In this document: positions 1-12,404 of the stretch, one piece after another
Layout: each line of letters starts with the position of its first letter
How positions within the stretch are numbered: position 1 is the stretch's first letter
Made by a program: the position numbers and the translations under genes
Origin: Camelus ferus
Lineage: Eukaryota
Direction: 5' to 3'
Assembly: GCF_009834535.1 (NCBI RefSeq)
Contig: NC_045696.1
Span: 115,136,001-115,200,000, forward strand
Length of the DNA stretch: 64,000 nt
Notes under the pieces: model-generated
Databases searched by the model: none
The model's input: only the letters and a program-made list of their open reading frames with translations
What the model was told of the DNA's origin: nothing

Positions 1-225
1 CCTAAAGGGGCTGGCAGTTGAAGGCCTTCTGTCTACAGCACTCCCAGCAGCTGAGCAAAGACTGTCATTTTAGGGAGATCTGGGAGGGGCCTTGCAGGCA
101 GGCCCTGTAAAACTGCTCAGTGACCATAAAATAAATGAGACATATTAATTCTTCCAAAAGAGATTTCACATTATAATCAGGAAGACACACCTAGTAACTT
201 TATCAAGGGATAAATAACGTGACTC

Positions 226-374
226 TTTTTTTTCCTTTTTTTTTTTTTTTTTAAATGATAGTCAATTTACAACATTGTGTCAATTTCTGGTGCACAGCAT
301 CATGTTTCAGTCATATATACACATACATATATTCCTTTTCATGTTCTTTTTCATTCTAGGTTACTACAAGATAT
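226..374 (-). mobile_element. L1 3' end, short and 5'-truncated
   Basis: Poly(T) followed by artiodactyl-type L1 3'UTR (GTCAATTTACAACATTGTGTCAATTTCTGGTG...); candidate TSD ACTCTT at 222-227 and 375-380. Confidence 0.8.
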
Positions 375-1433
375 ACTCTTGAGGCCCAAGAAAGGTGGTC
401 ACTAATTATGACCATGGCAATTATCCTAGAGGAAGATCATCTTTGTTGGTCAACCAATGAATTAGAAGTGATCAAACTGTGCAGTACTTTGTGTATTCTG
501 GATTTTAAAAGTATTTTTATTATGCATTATATCAAATTTGCTACCACAGAAGTAAAGATTAAGAGTTTATGTGGCTTTCATATGCCATGATATTTCTTCA
601 GATAAATCTCTCCTGTAAGCCCAAACCCAAACCAACCAACCAAACAATAAAAAGCAATAAAGGATGAGCAAAATTTCAATAAGTTTAGAACATGTGAGGA
701 AGGACCCAGTAGACTGAGGGGAGAGGGTGATCCCAGGCAGAGAGGAACGTATGTTGGTCAGTGAAGGTAGAAGTTAGATTGGTGACATAGAGAAGGAAGG
801 GTAGAGAGAGGGCTGGAAGGGAAGAATAGATGGAAAAGTTGAACACAATGGCAGAGATCTTTGGATGGAGTCCTAAAGATGTCAGGGCATGCAAATGAAG
901 GGGAAAAGAAGATGCTGTTTCAATCATCATTTCTAAACTGCATGGCTTCCAATTGAAGTTACATGAAAGTACTTATCAAGTGGGTAAAATTTTAGTCATG
1001 GAAAGTAAAGCTGGAGGAAGAAATGGAAGAATCTGGCAACCAACGTTAGGTTCGAACTCCCTCATGGCTTATGGTCAGCTGAAGCTAGGTAGAAGGCACT
1101 CCTTTGACAGTTAATGCACACTGTGCAATCCTCCAAGGTCTCAGACACTCTCTGCGAGGAGACATCTGGCTCACCCTGTGCAGTTGTGGTACTTTCCCCA
1201 CCTCTCTCCATAGAGTCTCACCCCGGGGACCCTCACTCATTTTCACAGCATCATTTCATGTATTAAGAAACCAAGACCCAAAGGGATACATCCCTCTCCA
1301 AGGTCCTATATCTGTGTCTATCTCATCTGAGCTGTAGATCACATTGCCATCATTTTAGTTACTCTTGTACAGAAGTTTCCTTGTTCCTACTAGGCGATAC
1401 AGTTCCATGAGGCATTAGTTATGTATTTATATA

Positions 1434-2015
1434 TATTTTATTGAACTATAGTCAGTTTACAATGTGACAATTTCTGGTGTACAGCATAATGCTTCAGTCA
1501 TACATGAGCATACAGATATTCATTTTCATATTCTTTTTCACTATAAGCTACTGCAAGATGTTGAATATAGTTCCCTGTATTATACAGTATAAACTTGTTA
1601 TCTATTTTATATGTATTAGTTAGTATCTACAAATCTCAAACTCCCAACTGAACCCTTCCCACCTGCTTCCCTCCCTGGTAACCGTAAGTTTCTTCTCTAT
1701 GCATGTGAGTCTGTTTCTGTTTTGTAAATAAGCTGATTTGCCTTTTTTTTTTTTTAAGATTCCACATATAAGTGATATCATTTTTCTTTCTCTTTCTGGC
1801 TAACTTCACTTAGACTGATAATCTGCAGGTCCATCCATGTTGCTGTTAATGGTATTATTTTATTCTTTGCAACAGCGGAGTAGTATTCCATTGTATATAT
1901 ATATACCACAGCTTCTTTATCCAGTCACCTGTTGATAGACATTTAGGTTGTTTCCATGTCTTAACTACTGTAAATAGTGCAGCTATGAACACTGGGGTGC
2001 ATGTGTCTTTTTGAA
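1434..2015 (-). mobile_element. L1 3' end including ORF2 C-terminal remnant
   Basis: ORF 1855..2046(-) contains KDTCTPVFIAALFTVVKTWKQPKCLSTGDWIKKLWYIY, the typical L1 ORF2 C-terminus, followed by L1 3'UTR. Confidence 0.92.
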
Positions 2016-2039
2016 AGAGATACATAGAGATATATAGAT

Positions 2040-2550
2040 ATCCCAAACTTAGAAGCTTAAAAAAAGCTTAAATGTTTATCGTCTCTTCCATTTGCTGTGG
2101 ATCAAGAATTTGGGAGTTTCTCAAGTGGTTGTGACTTGGGGTATTTCATGAGTTTCGTCAAAAATGTTGGTCGTAGCTGCAGGTATCTGAAAGCTTGACC
2201 CAAGCTGAAGAGTCCCCTGCCAAGATGGGCTTGCTCACATGCGTGGCAAGTTGATGCTGGATGTTGTCTGGAAATCTCAGGTCCTTGCCAAGTGGACCTC
2301 TTCCTAGGGTTTACTGAGTGTCCTCATAGCATGGAGACCCCCCCCCCCTCCTTCAGGAGAGGATCCCAGAGAGAGAAACAAAAGCCACTTTGCATTTTGT
2401 GACCTCATCTTGAAATGTACACTTGATCATTTCAACACCATCCAATTAGTGGCACAGATCAGTCCCATCCAAAAGGGGAAGGGACTACAAAAGAGTGTGA
2501 ATCCTGGCAAACAAGAATCCCTGGAGACTATTTCGGAGGCTGGTTCCACA
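2040..2550. mobile_element. MLT1-type (ERVL-MaLR) LTR, interrupted near one end by the L1 at 1434-2015
   Basis: CCCAAACTTAGAAGCTTAAAA...GGATCAAGAATTTGGG...GGAGGCTGGTTCCACA resembles the MLT1 consensus. Confidence 0.7.
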
Positions 2551-5500
2551 CCTGAAGCAAGAGGCCACATTACTGGTGTTTCCTCTTGGTGACTTCCTTT
2601 TTTAGTTCTGCATGGTCATCCCACTGGTGTGAGTTGCCTTCATATGGTCAAAACGTGGTGATGTTTTATAAAATCATTCCAATTTTTTAGTAAATTAAAC
2701 TATGATCAGCATTTTAAAAATCACACAAAAATACATGTAAGTAAAATTAAACCTAAAATTTACATATATCAAAGCAATCTTTCAAAAATGTGACTCACAG
2801 AGAGTCTCACTTGAGGCCAATATAATCAATGAATCAGCACTCACTTTTATACTGTCAGTTATATCCAGCTTTCATCTAATCTCCTTACCAGTAGTCAGTG
2901 AAATAGTCTAGATTTCTTGTGAATGATAGTCTATATGTAGTTAGTACAGTTCATGGTAATGCATGAAGCATCACTATTCATGAAAAGAATGTAAAGAAAA
3001 ACATGACCTTTTATTTCAAGTGCACATTCTGTGTGTAGATTTTAAAGCAGTTTCTCAGTGCGCGACAGAGTAAGTATTTATGTTTGCTGTGATTTTCTCA
3101 TCTGACATGTGACATATGAGGGTTCCCTCCGTATTAGAGTTGTTGCAGTCACGTTCAGCTCCCTACCACAAAGGTGACTCTTTGTTTACATTTTGACTCT
3201 TTGTTTACCTTTTGAAAGCGTTTTGAAAATGCTTTTCCAAGAGGCGCTGGGTAGCCATTTCCAATACGGAGAAGGCCAGTTGATCAGATAGCAGCAAAAT
3301 TAATGAAACGCATCATGGAAGTGACAGCAAGATTAATTAAGTTCCTCCAGTCATATTCACGTGTGGCTGTGAGAGTTCCTTTGGGTACTGCTGCAGTTAA
3401 CTGGTATTCATGGTGACAAATACTGTAGATTTCCAGAACTGACACTTTTGAGTCAAGGGTGAAAATCACAGTCCGTCATTTTATCCACCAAAAGGATCAG
3501 AGATGAGCCCTTAGAATTATTATTAGGTTTGAACAAAGCCAAGATCGAAATTGCAATATAATTAAAAGAATGTTGCAACTGTAAGATTTTGTTTGCCCTT
3601 TGTTACACATTCTCTTTATGTGTTGTAGACGTTTTGACAGAGGAAACCAAACAAATTTCCATCTACTGTATTTGACTGGAGGCACAGAATTATGCACACT
3701 TGGAAACACTTCCAATTACTTTGTGAATTCTTGCAACGTCGGGGCACACTGCACTCTCTTTCTGCTCACTCTTCATGGTTATTATCAGAGTGTATATAAA
3801 AATGGAACGTCCATGACCTAAAGCTGCCAAATTTACTACAGCTGTACTCAATTTATCTTGAAAGATCTTTTTTTTTTTAAAGCAAAAGAAGAAATTCAAT
3901 ATGATGTTGTTTTCTTCTTCCATTTGGTTTGCAAGCACATTTGCTGTGGGGCTGAGTTGGAGGGAGGGCTGATTCTCAAATTGCTGCCCAGGAACCATAA
4001 ATGCATTTTATTTTAAGAAAAATTGAAAACCTCTGGAGTGTAGAAGATCTTTCAACCTGCTACACAAGATGCATTAACTCATGGTATTGTGTCCCCAAAT
4101 ATCTTTGGAGGCATATTATTACGTTTCTGTCCTTGGAAACTCTTTGAGGTTCATTCATATATTCATTCAGCAAACACTTCCTGTGTCTCGTGTCAAATAA
4201 AATTCAAAACCTTTAATCTGGGATGTGAGCTCCCATCCAGTATGGCCTCTGTGTTTTCCTCTCCAACTTCACGTAGCATGAAAATCTTTCATGAAACTTG
4301 CTCTTGAATACCCTTATCTGTTCTTTGTCTCCCAGGCATACCCACCCCTTGCTTTATGTCATTTGCCAACTTTTCGTGCATTTTTTCAATCTGAACCAAT
4401 AACAAAGATTGAGCTTCAGTACAGCTCTTCCCTGAAGCTTCCCAGGTTTACCTCAAAACCATCCTAATTTTATCTTTTACCAAACCCTTACATAGCATGA
4501 CCTAGATTATTCATTTGTTGTTTATTTCATATTCCTTTTGTTTTTAGTTATTTTTTTGTATGTATGCTTCACCTCCTTAAATAAGACCCCGAGTACTTTG
4601 AGGAGCAGAATGGTAGCTTAAATATTTGAGTTCAGTGCCTTGTGATATAGGATCTTCATTACTTTTTTTATTGCCAGTGGTGGGAATAGTTACAATAATT
4701 TGACTTCCTATGAGTGTGGCACCAAACTAGGTGGTCTGGGACCACCAAACTTACGATTTGAAGTCCATTGATTTTTGGAGAAAATATCTACATAAATAGA
4801 AAGCAAGAGGCCAGTTGACCTAGATAAAAATATAAACGTGTTCCAGAAGGGCTTTGGAGAGAAAAAAGAAAAGGAAAAGGAGGCATGACAGGGAGCTAAT
4901 CAGAGAGCCTTCAGAAAGGGATCTTGTGATGCTTCCATTATAAGGGAGTCAGGACCATCAATCCGTCAGGGCAAACGCACTAATAAAAGGCACGCGTAAG
5001 AGCAGCTGGGGGTTGATTAACTTTCCCTGGATCCTTCTCTGCCTAAACACTCTTCTGGACTCTGGTAATACTTGGCTCCTACAATGGTTTCCTGACCTGC
5101 TCCACCCACAGAATTTCTGATTTGTCTTTTGCCTAATGGTTGATCTGCCCTCTGGTTCCTGGTTGGCCCTTCCTCCGGGCTTTGGGATTCTCTCTCCACC
5201 CTAAGATTGCTTTTGATGTCTCCTCCTTGTCCATGTAATTCTGATACTTGTCTCCAACCATAGCAAAGGTAGCTGCTTCCTAAGTCATGGACAACATCTG
5301 GTGTTAGTGGTACACTCCAATCATTAACCCAAAATACCACGCCCTTGGCATGCATTTCTTCTATATTCCGACGTATGTTAAAAAACTCAAGGAATTACTA
5401 TTTATTGATTTTTTTCCTTGACTCCAAAGAGCCTTCGTTCTACTTGGGGAATATTGATAACTGGGCATATTATTGAGATGGAATGTGATAAATACTATAA

Positions 5501-6569
5501 TAAACAATGTTTGGGAGCTCATTTGGGGAACGCATGAGTCAGACATAAGCCCAGGGAAGACTTCGTAGAAAACAAAGTATCTGAGCAGGTTTGGATGGTG
5601 AATACAACTATCTAGACAAATACAGGGAAACAGAAGAGGGCAGTCCTGGTAGAATATAACCACAGTCTCAGCAGAATCAGGACAGAGCGTCAGGTAGAAG
5701 ACTTTTGAGATATTTATTCACTCTAATAAATAATACATGCAATAAAAACAGATATTTATCTCATGCTGCCCATTATGTAGACAATTTTTGAGGCACTGGA
5801 TACAGCATGAACATGGTAGATATGCCCTGTTCACCTTTACATCTGTTCTCCTAGGGGTAAAGAAGCAATCAACTCCAACCAATGAATGAATGAGGGGAAG
5901 GACATTTTAAGTTTTTTCCTCGGCATGAGACAAAGGTGGAAAAGGTTCCAAATACTACTGGATAAGTCACACTATGGAAACCCCAAGGAGGTCAGCACCA
6001 TGGAGACAGAGATTTCTGTAATTTCATCAGTATGCCTTCAGGACCTAGAAAAGTGCCTGACAGATGAGTATTTGAGAGCTATTTTTTTAATGAATAAACA
6101 TGCTTAGGCCATAGTCAACGCCAAGGTAAGAATTCTAAGAGGGTCCTCAATGCCAGTTAGTAAACCTTGTGGAAAAGCCCCTGTTAACTGACCACATACA
6201 GAAAGGAATTATTAGATGCCTCCAAAGTCAGGGAAACTCAGACAGGTAGAATTTGGGAGTCTTATAGTATTTATAGGATTTTCATTCTTATCACAATATT
6301 ATCATTTCTTTTCTTCTAAGCAATTAATTTTCCAGATTACGGTCCCTAGGCATTTCATTTCATTGGAAGCATCAAGTGGGAATCTAGGAATAAAAATGAT
6401 TTATGAGTTTGTAGTTGTGTCTACACAATCTAAAAATTCTGATCAAAACACTGCACATATCAGGTGAACAAGTCATTTGTTCTCCTATAGACAAATTACT
6501 TACTTCTCCACTTTTCAAACGCTTTTGGCATTGGGTTGTGGTATACTAGATGGAGACAAACTCAGGCTT

Positions 6570-7538
6570 AAAATAAATGTTCTTCCATCAAATGCCATCC
6601 ATATGTCACCCAATATTCATTCACCAGGCTGTTGTGCTTTCATCAAATACTCACCCACCAGATACTCACATCCTTGGTCTCTTGCACTTGTCCCAGGGCT
6701 CAGGGTTGACCTTATTTTTCTTTTCTATGTATATTCCCTTGAAGGTATCATCTGGTCTCGTGGGTTTAATTACCATCCATAAAAGGATGACTTCAAATAT
6801 GATGTTCAAGTATCTCCCCTGAACTCCAGACTCATAACCAAACTGCTATGGAACATTTCCACTAGAATACACAGGAATCTCAGACTAAATATGGTCCCAA
6901 TTGGCTACCTCCTAACCCCGACCCAGATATGTTCTTCCACAGTCTTCTCCTCATCACTTAGGGGAAATTCCATCTTCCAATTGTTAGGTCCCCAGATTTC
7001 CAGTAATCTATTCTTTTTTTTTCTCTCTCTTCTATCACTTACCCAACACATCAAGAAATCCTATTGGCTCATTTTGTCATCTTTATAAGCTCCAACCACA
7101 TTTTCCATCTCCGCTGCTCCCACCCTGGTCCAAGCCACCATCTCTTTCCTAGATTACTACAAAGGCTTCCTAGATGGTCACCTTGCATTTTCTTTTGGTC
7201 CCTTTTTATCCATTCTCCAGGCATTAGCCCTAGTGGATGTGTTATGTTAACTCCAAAAGCATTCTACATAAGACAGAATAAAAGTCTAAATCCTTATGAT
7301 ATGACCTGTTAAAGTCCTACTGTATTAAGCTCCTTGTGACCTATTTGACTTCAACTATTTCTTCACTCCCAATACTTACTATGTTCTAGCACACTGGCCC
7401 TCTTGCTTTTCCTGGTAACCCTCTGGCATGTCCCCCATTGCCCTCCGAACTCTCTGAGACAGCACCTAGCAAAATGCATGGTGCAAAGTATTCAAAAGAT
7501 ACTAAATTTATTTAATAAATATGAGATGAATGAACAGA
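6570..7538 (+). mobile_element. L2 LINE fragment (RT remnant to 3' end)
   Basis: GTCCCAGGGCTCAGG...GGTTTAATTACCATCC...GATGACTT is a degenerate VPQGS...GFNYH.YADD RT motif; ends in an L2-type TAAATATG...GAATGAA tail. Confidence 0.8.
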
Positions 7539-7542
7539 TTCA

Positions 7543-8040
7543 TTTTTTTTCATGAGTGCTTTCACCTTTATTTTTCTTGGTATATATCTGAGATATAGAC
7601 ATTTCATCCACAACAGGGTTGTGACATGTGTATGTCTTATGTAAGTGACATGTGTATGTTTTATGTAAGCCAGAGTCACAACCACGGCTAAAATAACAGC
7701 TGGCCCAACAGCTAACATCACTGAGAGAAGGACGTCCACCATCACCTTGACGATCCATGACTTCATTGGAGAATGAATCACTCCTGGGGATTCCAAAAAT
7801 GAAGTCATATGAAGAAGGTCTGTTATTTTTTTGGATCTTGAGAATCACTATCAGTAGTCAGTTGTGGGTTGCTTTCCTTGATTTCTTTCAGCAGCTTCTG
7901 AATTTGAGCAACAGGTACATCTATCGTCCATCCGAGTGTCCAGAAGGGGTACCTTTGAAGTTTTAAGGCATCCCACAACATCTTTACTCCACTATAGCCT
8001 ACGGAATTCTGGCCCAGGTGCAGAGTGATCAGGTTCTGAT
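7543..8040 (-). pseudogene. NLRP2: 5'-truncated processed pseudogene of NLRP2 (NLRP2/7 family): last LRR, C-terminus, 3' UTR and poly(A)
   Basis: Minus strand from 8038 reads QNLITLHLGQNSVGYSGVKMLWDALKLQRYPFWTLGWTIDVPVAQIQKLLKEIKESNPQLTTDSDSQDPK, then frameshifts in an A7 run to NNRPSSYDFIF. This resembles the recalled human NLRP2 end (NQSLVTLDLGQNPLGSSGVKML...LRLKID...KLLEEIEEKNPQLIID...RPSSHDFMI*). AATAAA at 7572-7567, A8 tail at 7550-7543, no intron. Confidence 0.85.
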
Positions 8041-8043
8041 CCC

Positions 8044-8640
8044 TTCATTCATTCATTAAATACCGATTTGTATTAAGTCATGAAGACAGAATTTAAAAAG
8101 AGCATCCTCTTTCATTTGGGAGAGACAAGTGAAGGGAAATTTGCACACTATGTTTTAGTGCTTGAGTAGGAATTAGACCATATGCTATATGAAAAAAAAA
8201 AAAAATGAGAGCACTATCTCATTCAGTCTTGAGGTTAGGAAAGTGTCCTCAGCAGAAATAATGCTTGAACAGAGAGACCCAAAGTTTGAACAGGAACCGC
8301 CCAGCTAAAGAGAGCAGGTGAGAGGAATATCATCTTTAGGGGGACTGTGGGTCTGCAGCTGGACCGGAGTGAACTTGTGAGGGATAAAACTTTCATAAAT
8401 TGAGGTGTGATCCGGGCTCTAGTTGTGAAGAGCCCTGCATGCCCTGGCAGGTGACACAGAGAGACAACGGAGAGTATTAACCAAGGGAACGACTCGAATG
8501 ACTCTTAAAAAGATAATAATGGCTCTAATATGGAGAATGGGTTGGACTCAGGCAAGCCTGGAGGCAGGAACATCAGATACGATTTTATCGAGGGGATGTA
8601 AGTAAGAGATGAAAATGGACTGAGGCTCAGAGGAAGGCAT
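8044..8640 (-). mobile_element. L2 fragment (3' end), tail-to-tail with the L2 at 6570-7538
   Basis: TTCATTCATTCATTAAATA start and L2-antisense text (AAAAGATAATAATGGCT...TGGAGAATGG...GGAGGCAGG). Confidence 0.6.
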
Positions 8641-8904
8641 GGAAGACACAAACGGGCTGTGCAGAGTTAGGGCTGGATCCCTGCTGCTTTCAGCTCTGAG
8701 AACGCGAGGCTAAGCAGGCTCTCCGACTGCGGTCTGCAGTACTACCTGGCATCTGTGCTGCGTGGAATTTACGAACAGCTGCTGCGAAGCATGGCCACGT
8801 TCTATCTGCGTAAACACTTTGCATAAAACACCATCCACCTCAAAGAATGGACGGCAGGCACATGGAAAAGTGTGATGTTTTACACACAGTACGGTTGTAC
8901 TCAG

Positions 8905-9180
8905 TTCTGTTCATTCAGACATTCATTCATTCAGAGATATTTATTGAGTTGCAACCAGTGTCAGATACCCTCGGAAGGATGGTGGCGACAACAGTGAACA
9001 GCAACGAAAATCTCTGCCCTCCTGCAGATTCTACTCCGGTGAAGAGAGAGCAAAATAAACAGATGTTCACGGTAATGGGTCAGATGGTGATGACAGCTAC
9101 AGAGACTAAGAGGGGAGGGAAGGGGGTTAGGAAAAGCCAGGGGAGGGACAAAGGCAGTCTGCAACTGTGAGAAGGGAAAG
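8905..9180 (-). mobile_element. L2 3' end fragment
   Basis: CATTCATTCATTCAGAGATATTTATTGAG...ACAGTGAACA is the reverse complement of the L2 tail. Confidence 0.65.
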
Positions 9181-9205
9181 CGAGAATGACTATACTGATA
9201 AACTC

Positions 9206-9495
9206 TTTTTTTTTTTTTTTCATTTTCATTAAAGGTTATTACAAGATATTGAAAATAGTTCCCTGAGCTATAGAATAAATTTGTTTTTCATCTATTTTTA
9301 TACATAGTGGTTATCATTTGCAAATCTCAAACTCCCAAATTTATCCCTTCCCACCCCCTTTCTCCCCATTACCATCAGATTTTTTTTTACTATGTCTGTG
9401 AGTTTATTTCTGGTTTGTAGATGAGTTCATTAGTGTCTTCTTTTTTCTTTCTTTCCTTTTTTATTTTTTTTTTAGATTCCACATATGAGTGATAC
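9206..9495 (-). mobile_element. L1 3'UTR fragment
   Basis: Poly(T) then GGTTATTACAAGATATTGAAAATAGTTCCCTG...TAGATTCCACATATGAGTGATA; ACTCT on both flanks. Confidence 0.85.
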
Positions 9496-12366
9496 ACTCT
9501 AATTAACTTTTGAGTGACACTTGAAGCAGACAGGGTTCCAGGCAGGCAGCTCTCCGGACTTTTGAGCAGAGAAACAATTTGCATCTTACCATAATGTTTT
9601 CACTCCAAGTGCTTTACTGGTTTTAGGGCATCCTTTGTTTGACGAGTGAAAGGTATATTTCTATCTGGCAAGCAGTGGCCTGATTCCTCGTTAGAATCTC
9701 TCAGCTTCTCAGACCTTCTGAGAGACAGATAAAAGTCAGGGGGTGAACCAGGTCCTTCCCTGGAAACTGCTGGGTCCACTCCTAGAGGTGACATATGGCA
9801 GCAGCTCTCAGGCACGGCTGGCATGTCTACAACTCCATGTCTAGCCAACATCAGCTGTGCCTTTATTTGGATGTCACTTTGTTTCAAAATAAAAATAGTC
9901 GCATTTTTTTCCTTGAAAAATATCTTATATACAACTAAAGTAATTTTAGAAGAAACAATAATATGTGTCAAACTAAAATAAAAATCCCTTGTTTTCTGTC
10001 CAGAAATAAGCAACTGTTGTATCTGAGGTCTTGACATTCCAGATAACCCTGAATTGGAGGTGGGAGGGGCATACACGTTTAAATAAAGCAGACCCCGTCC
10101 TTTTTTCGGTAGAACAGAATTCCATTGTGTGAATGTAACACTCAGTTGCTCCTTGGTCCGCCTCTTCTTTCAGAAGCTACACGCTGCTGTTTCAGGCATA
10201 GTCCGATTGGAATGTTCTATTACCAAATGCTCTCTGCCTGTATATTCCTGACTATATATATATATATATTTTTTTTTTCTTTTCTTTTCCTGGAACATGC
10301 AGTGATATAATTTGATTGGGGAAGACCTTTACCTGAACCATTATAAATAGGATATTTATCATGCATATCTTCAAAGAAAGAACTCTGCTGGGGACTTTAA
10401 GGTAAATTCAACATATAAGTCAGTGTTAAGACAGTTGTTCTTTACTGAGATTTCCTGACGTCACTGAGAAAGTTGCCTAATGCCTCTGAGCATCTTTCTG
10501 TATCTCAGTGTGTTAGAGAGTAAGAAAGATGACATAAGTGAAGAGACCTTGTGACTGCAAAATGCCAAGCAAATTCAAGGGTGTTATTAATTATTAAGAC
10601 AGTCCTTTAGTGTCTTAAATCTCCTGTTTTAAATTCAACTCAGTGCTTACATCTTCTAACTACAGGAAGTCGAAAGGACCAAAAACTCTAATATTGAACT
10701 ACAGTGCCCCCTAGCCCATGTCCGCCGTCAAGACAGCTTCATGAATAAGCTCTCACCAGATGGTTCTTTTGCCTGAGGGAAGGGCCATTAATTGTACTTT
10801 TGGATGGTGTCCATCTGTCCAAAAGGAAAAACAATTATGTGTTTTCTTCAGGATTTTCCTGTAACGTTCTTTGTATTTTGAATTTTAAAATAGGAGTAAA
10901 AAAGTAAATATTCTTTACTATTAGAGTTTTCTTCCTTCCAGTTGCTTTAAAGGAAGAATATTTCTAAAAGAGCATCACCAGATGTGTCCTAAGACTCACT
11001 GTAACGTTTCTATTTTATATATGGTTATCTATCCGCATTCACCAAATTCTATATAATCCTTTGTGAGAGAGGATATTGACTATAGAGCTTTTTCTCAGAG
11101 AGGAAATGTAGGGTTAAGCTTTTTTTTTTTTGCTAAGATTGCACAGCAAACTGTTAGGAGCAGCAGAGTCTAGTTCCCAGATGCATTCAATCCACCAAAA
11201 GATACAGAATTCTGCAAGAAAAGACCATGGAATATTTTAATATCACAATGTGGAAATATTTGTTACCATAGCCTATAAAAACTCATATTGAAAATATATC
11301 CATTGCTTTCTTCCATTGATTACAATTCTTTATCTTTAGTTCTTAGTTTTATAGGTTTTTAAAGAAATTTTTACATTTAAATGGTCCAGTAGGTAAGTTG
11401 GGTCCCAAAGTGATGAGTCCTTGGGAAACTGAACTTGCTCTGTGGGTTTATTTTCCACGCTGGGTGTTTAAGTATTAATCAGTGTAGCTTTCAGGGATTT
11501 CTTTCTAACATCCTTTTCTATGTAAGATAGAAGGGCTACAATTCATTAGACCATTGGAGGAGCCAGAGGCTTTGCTAAGCTTTGCCTTCCTTGACTGTTC
11601 ATCTCAAATTTAATGGGAGTGCTTGTGCGTGTGTGTGTCTATATTATACTGGTGACCAGCCTTGAATGAGGACGGAATCTTGTTATCTTTCAGGCCAGAA
11701 TCTCTCTCCTCTTTAGGGGTCATTTCAGCCTCAGTGTCCTTTCTGCTACCTTCTAGGGAGGCAGCAAATGGGATCTTGTGAACGTGGAGGTCACTTTTAT
11801 CGCCAGTTATTTTTCTTTACATTTCTCTATCAATCTAGCTCAGAAAACACTCAAGAAATAAAAACAACTCTTTACCCACTGCTGAGTTTCTGTGATCTGA
11901 TCACTTCTAAGTGAAAACCTCTATTACCTTAGCAAGGGTCCCTTGAGTCTTTTATTCCTCTTAGGAATAAAGATCACAACCAACAAACCCTCAGGCCCAC
12001 AGCAAAGAGAATGCAGGCACGAGGCACCATTACCATTCCTTTTCCCACTGCCATGTAAACTTGGGAGGGGAGGCTCAGTTTGGGCGAGGATGATGACATT
12101 CGTGGGAGGGGCGGGATAGAAGTGTGTCTAATTACACGGTAATGGCAGAACTCGCCTTCACCCCGTCCCCTCCCCTCCCTCCCTCCCGCAGCCCGGTGAA
12201 TTTCCCCCGCGCGCGCCTAGGTGGATCCGGACCCTTCTCTCTTTAAGAGAGCCTCCCGCGCCCCTCACCCCGCCCCCTCCCAGGTCTCTGGGCTCATCAG
12301 CGCTTCCCGAGAACCATGGTTGGTCCAGGCAGGCAATCGGAGCACCTCCCGGAGCCGCGGCGAACC

Positions 12367-12404
12367 GGGGGTGGGGTGGGGTGGGGTGGGGTGGAGTGGG
12401 GGGG
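12367..12404 (+). repeat. (GGGGT)n G-tract array, predicted G-quadruplex
   Basis: GGGGGTGGGGTGGGGTGGGGTGGGGTGGAGTGGGGGGG: six runs of four or more G. Confidence 0.85.

Noticed and set aside
9600..10076. 158-aa minus-strand ORF
   Set aside because: Non-ATG start, no recognisable homology and no supporting splice structure.
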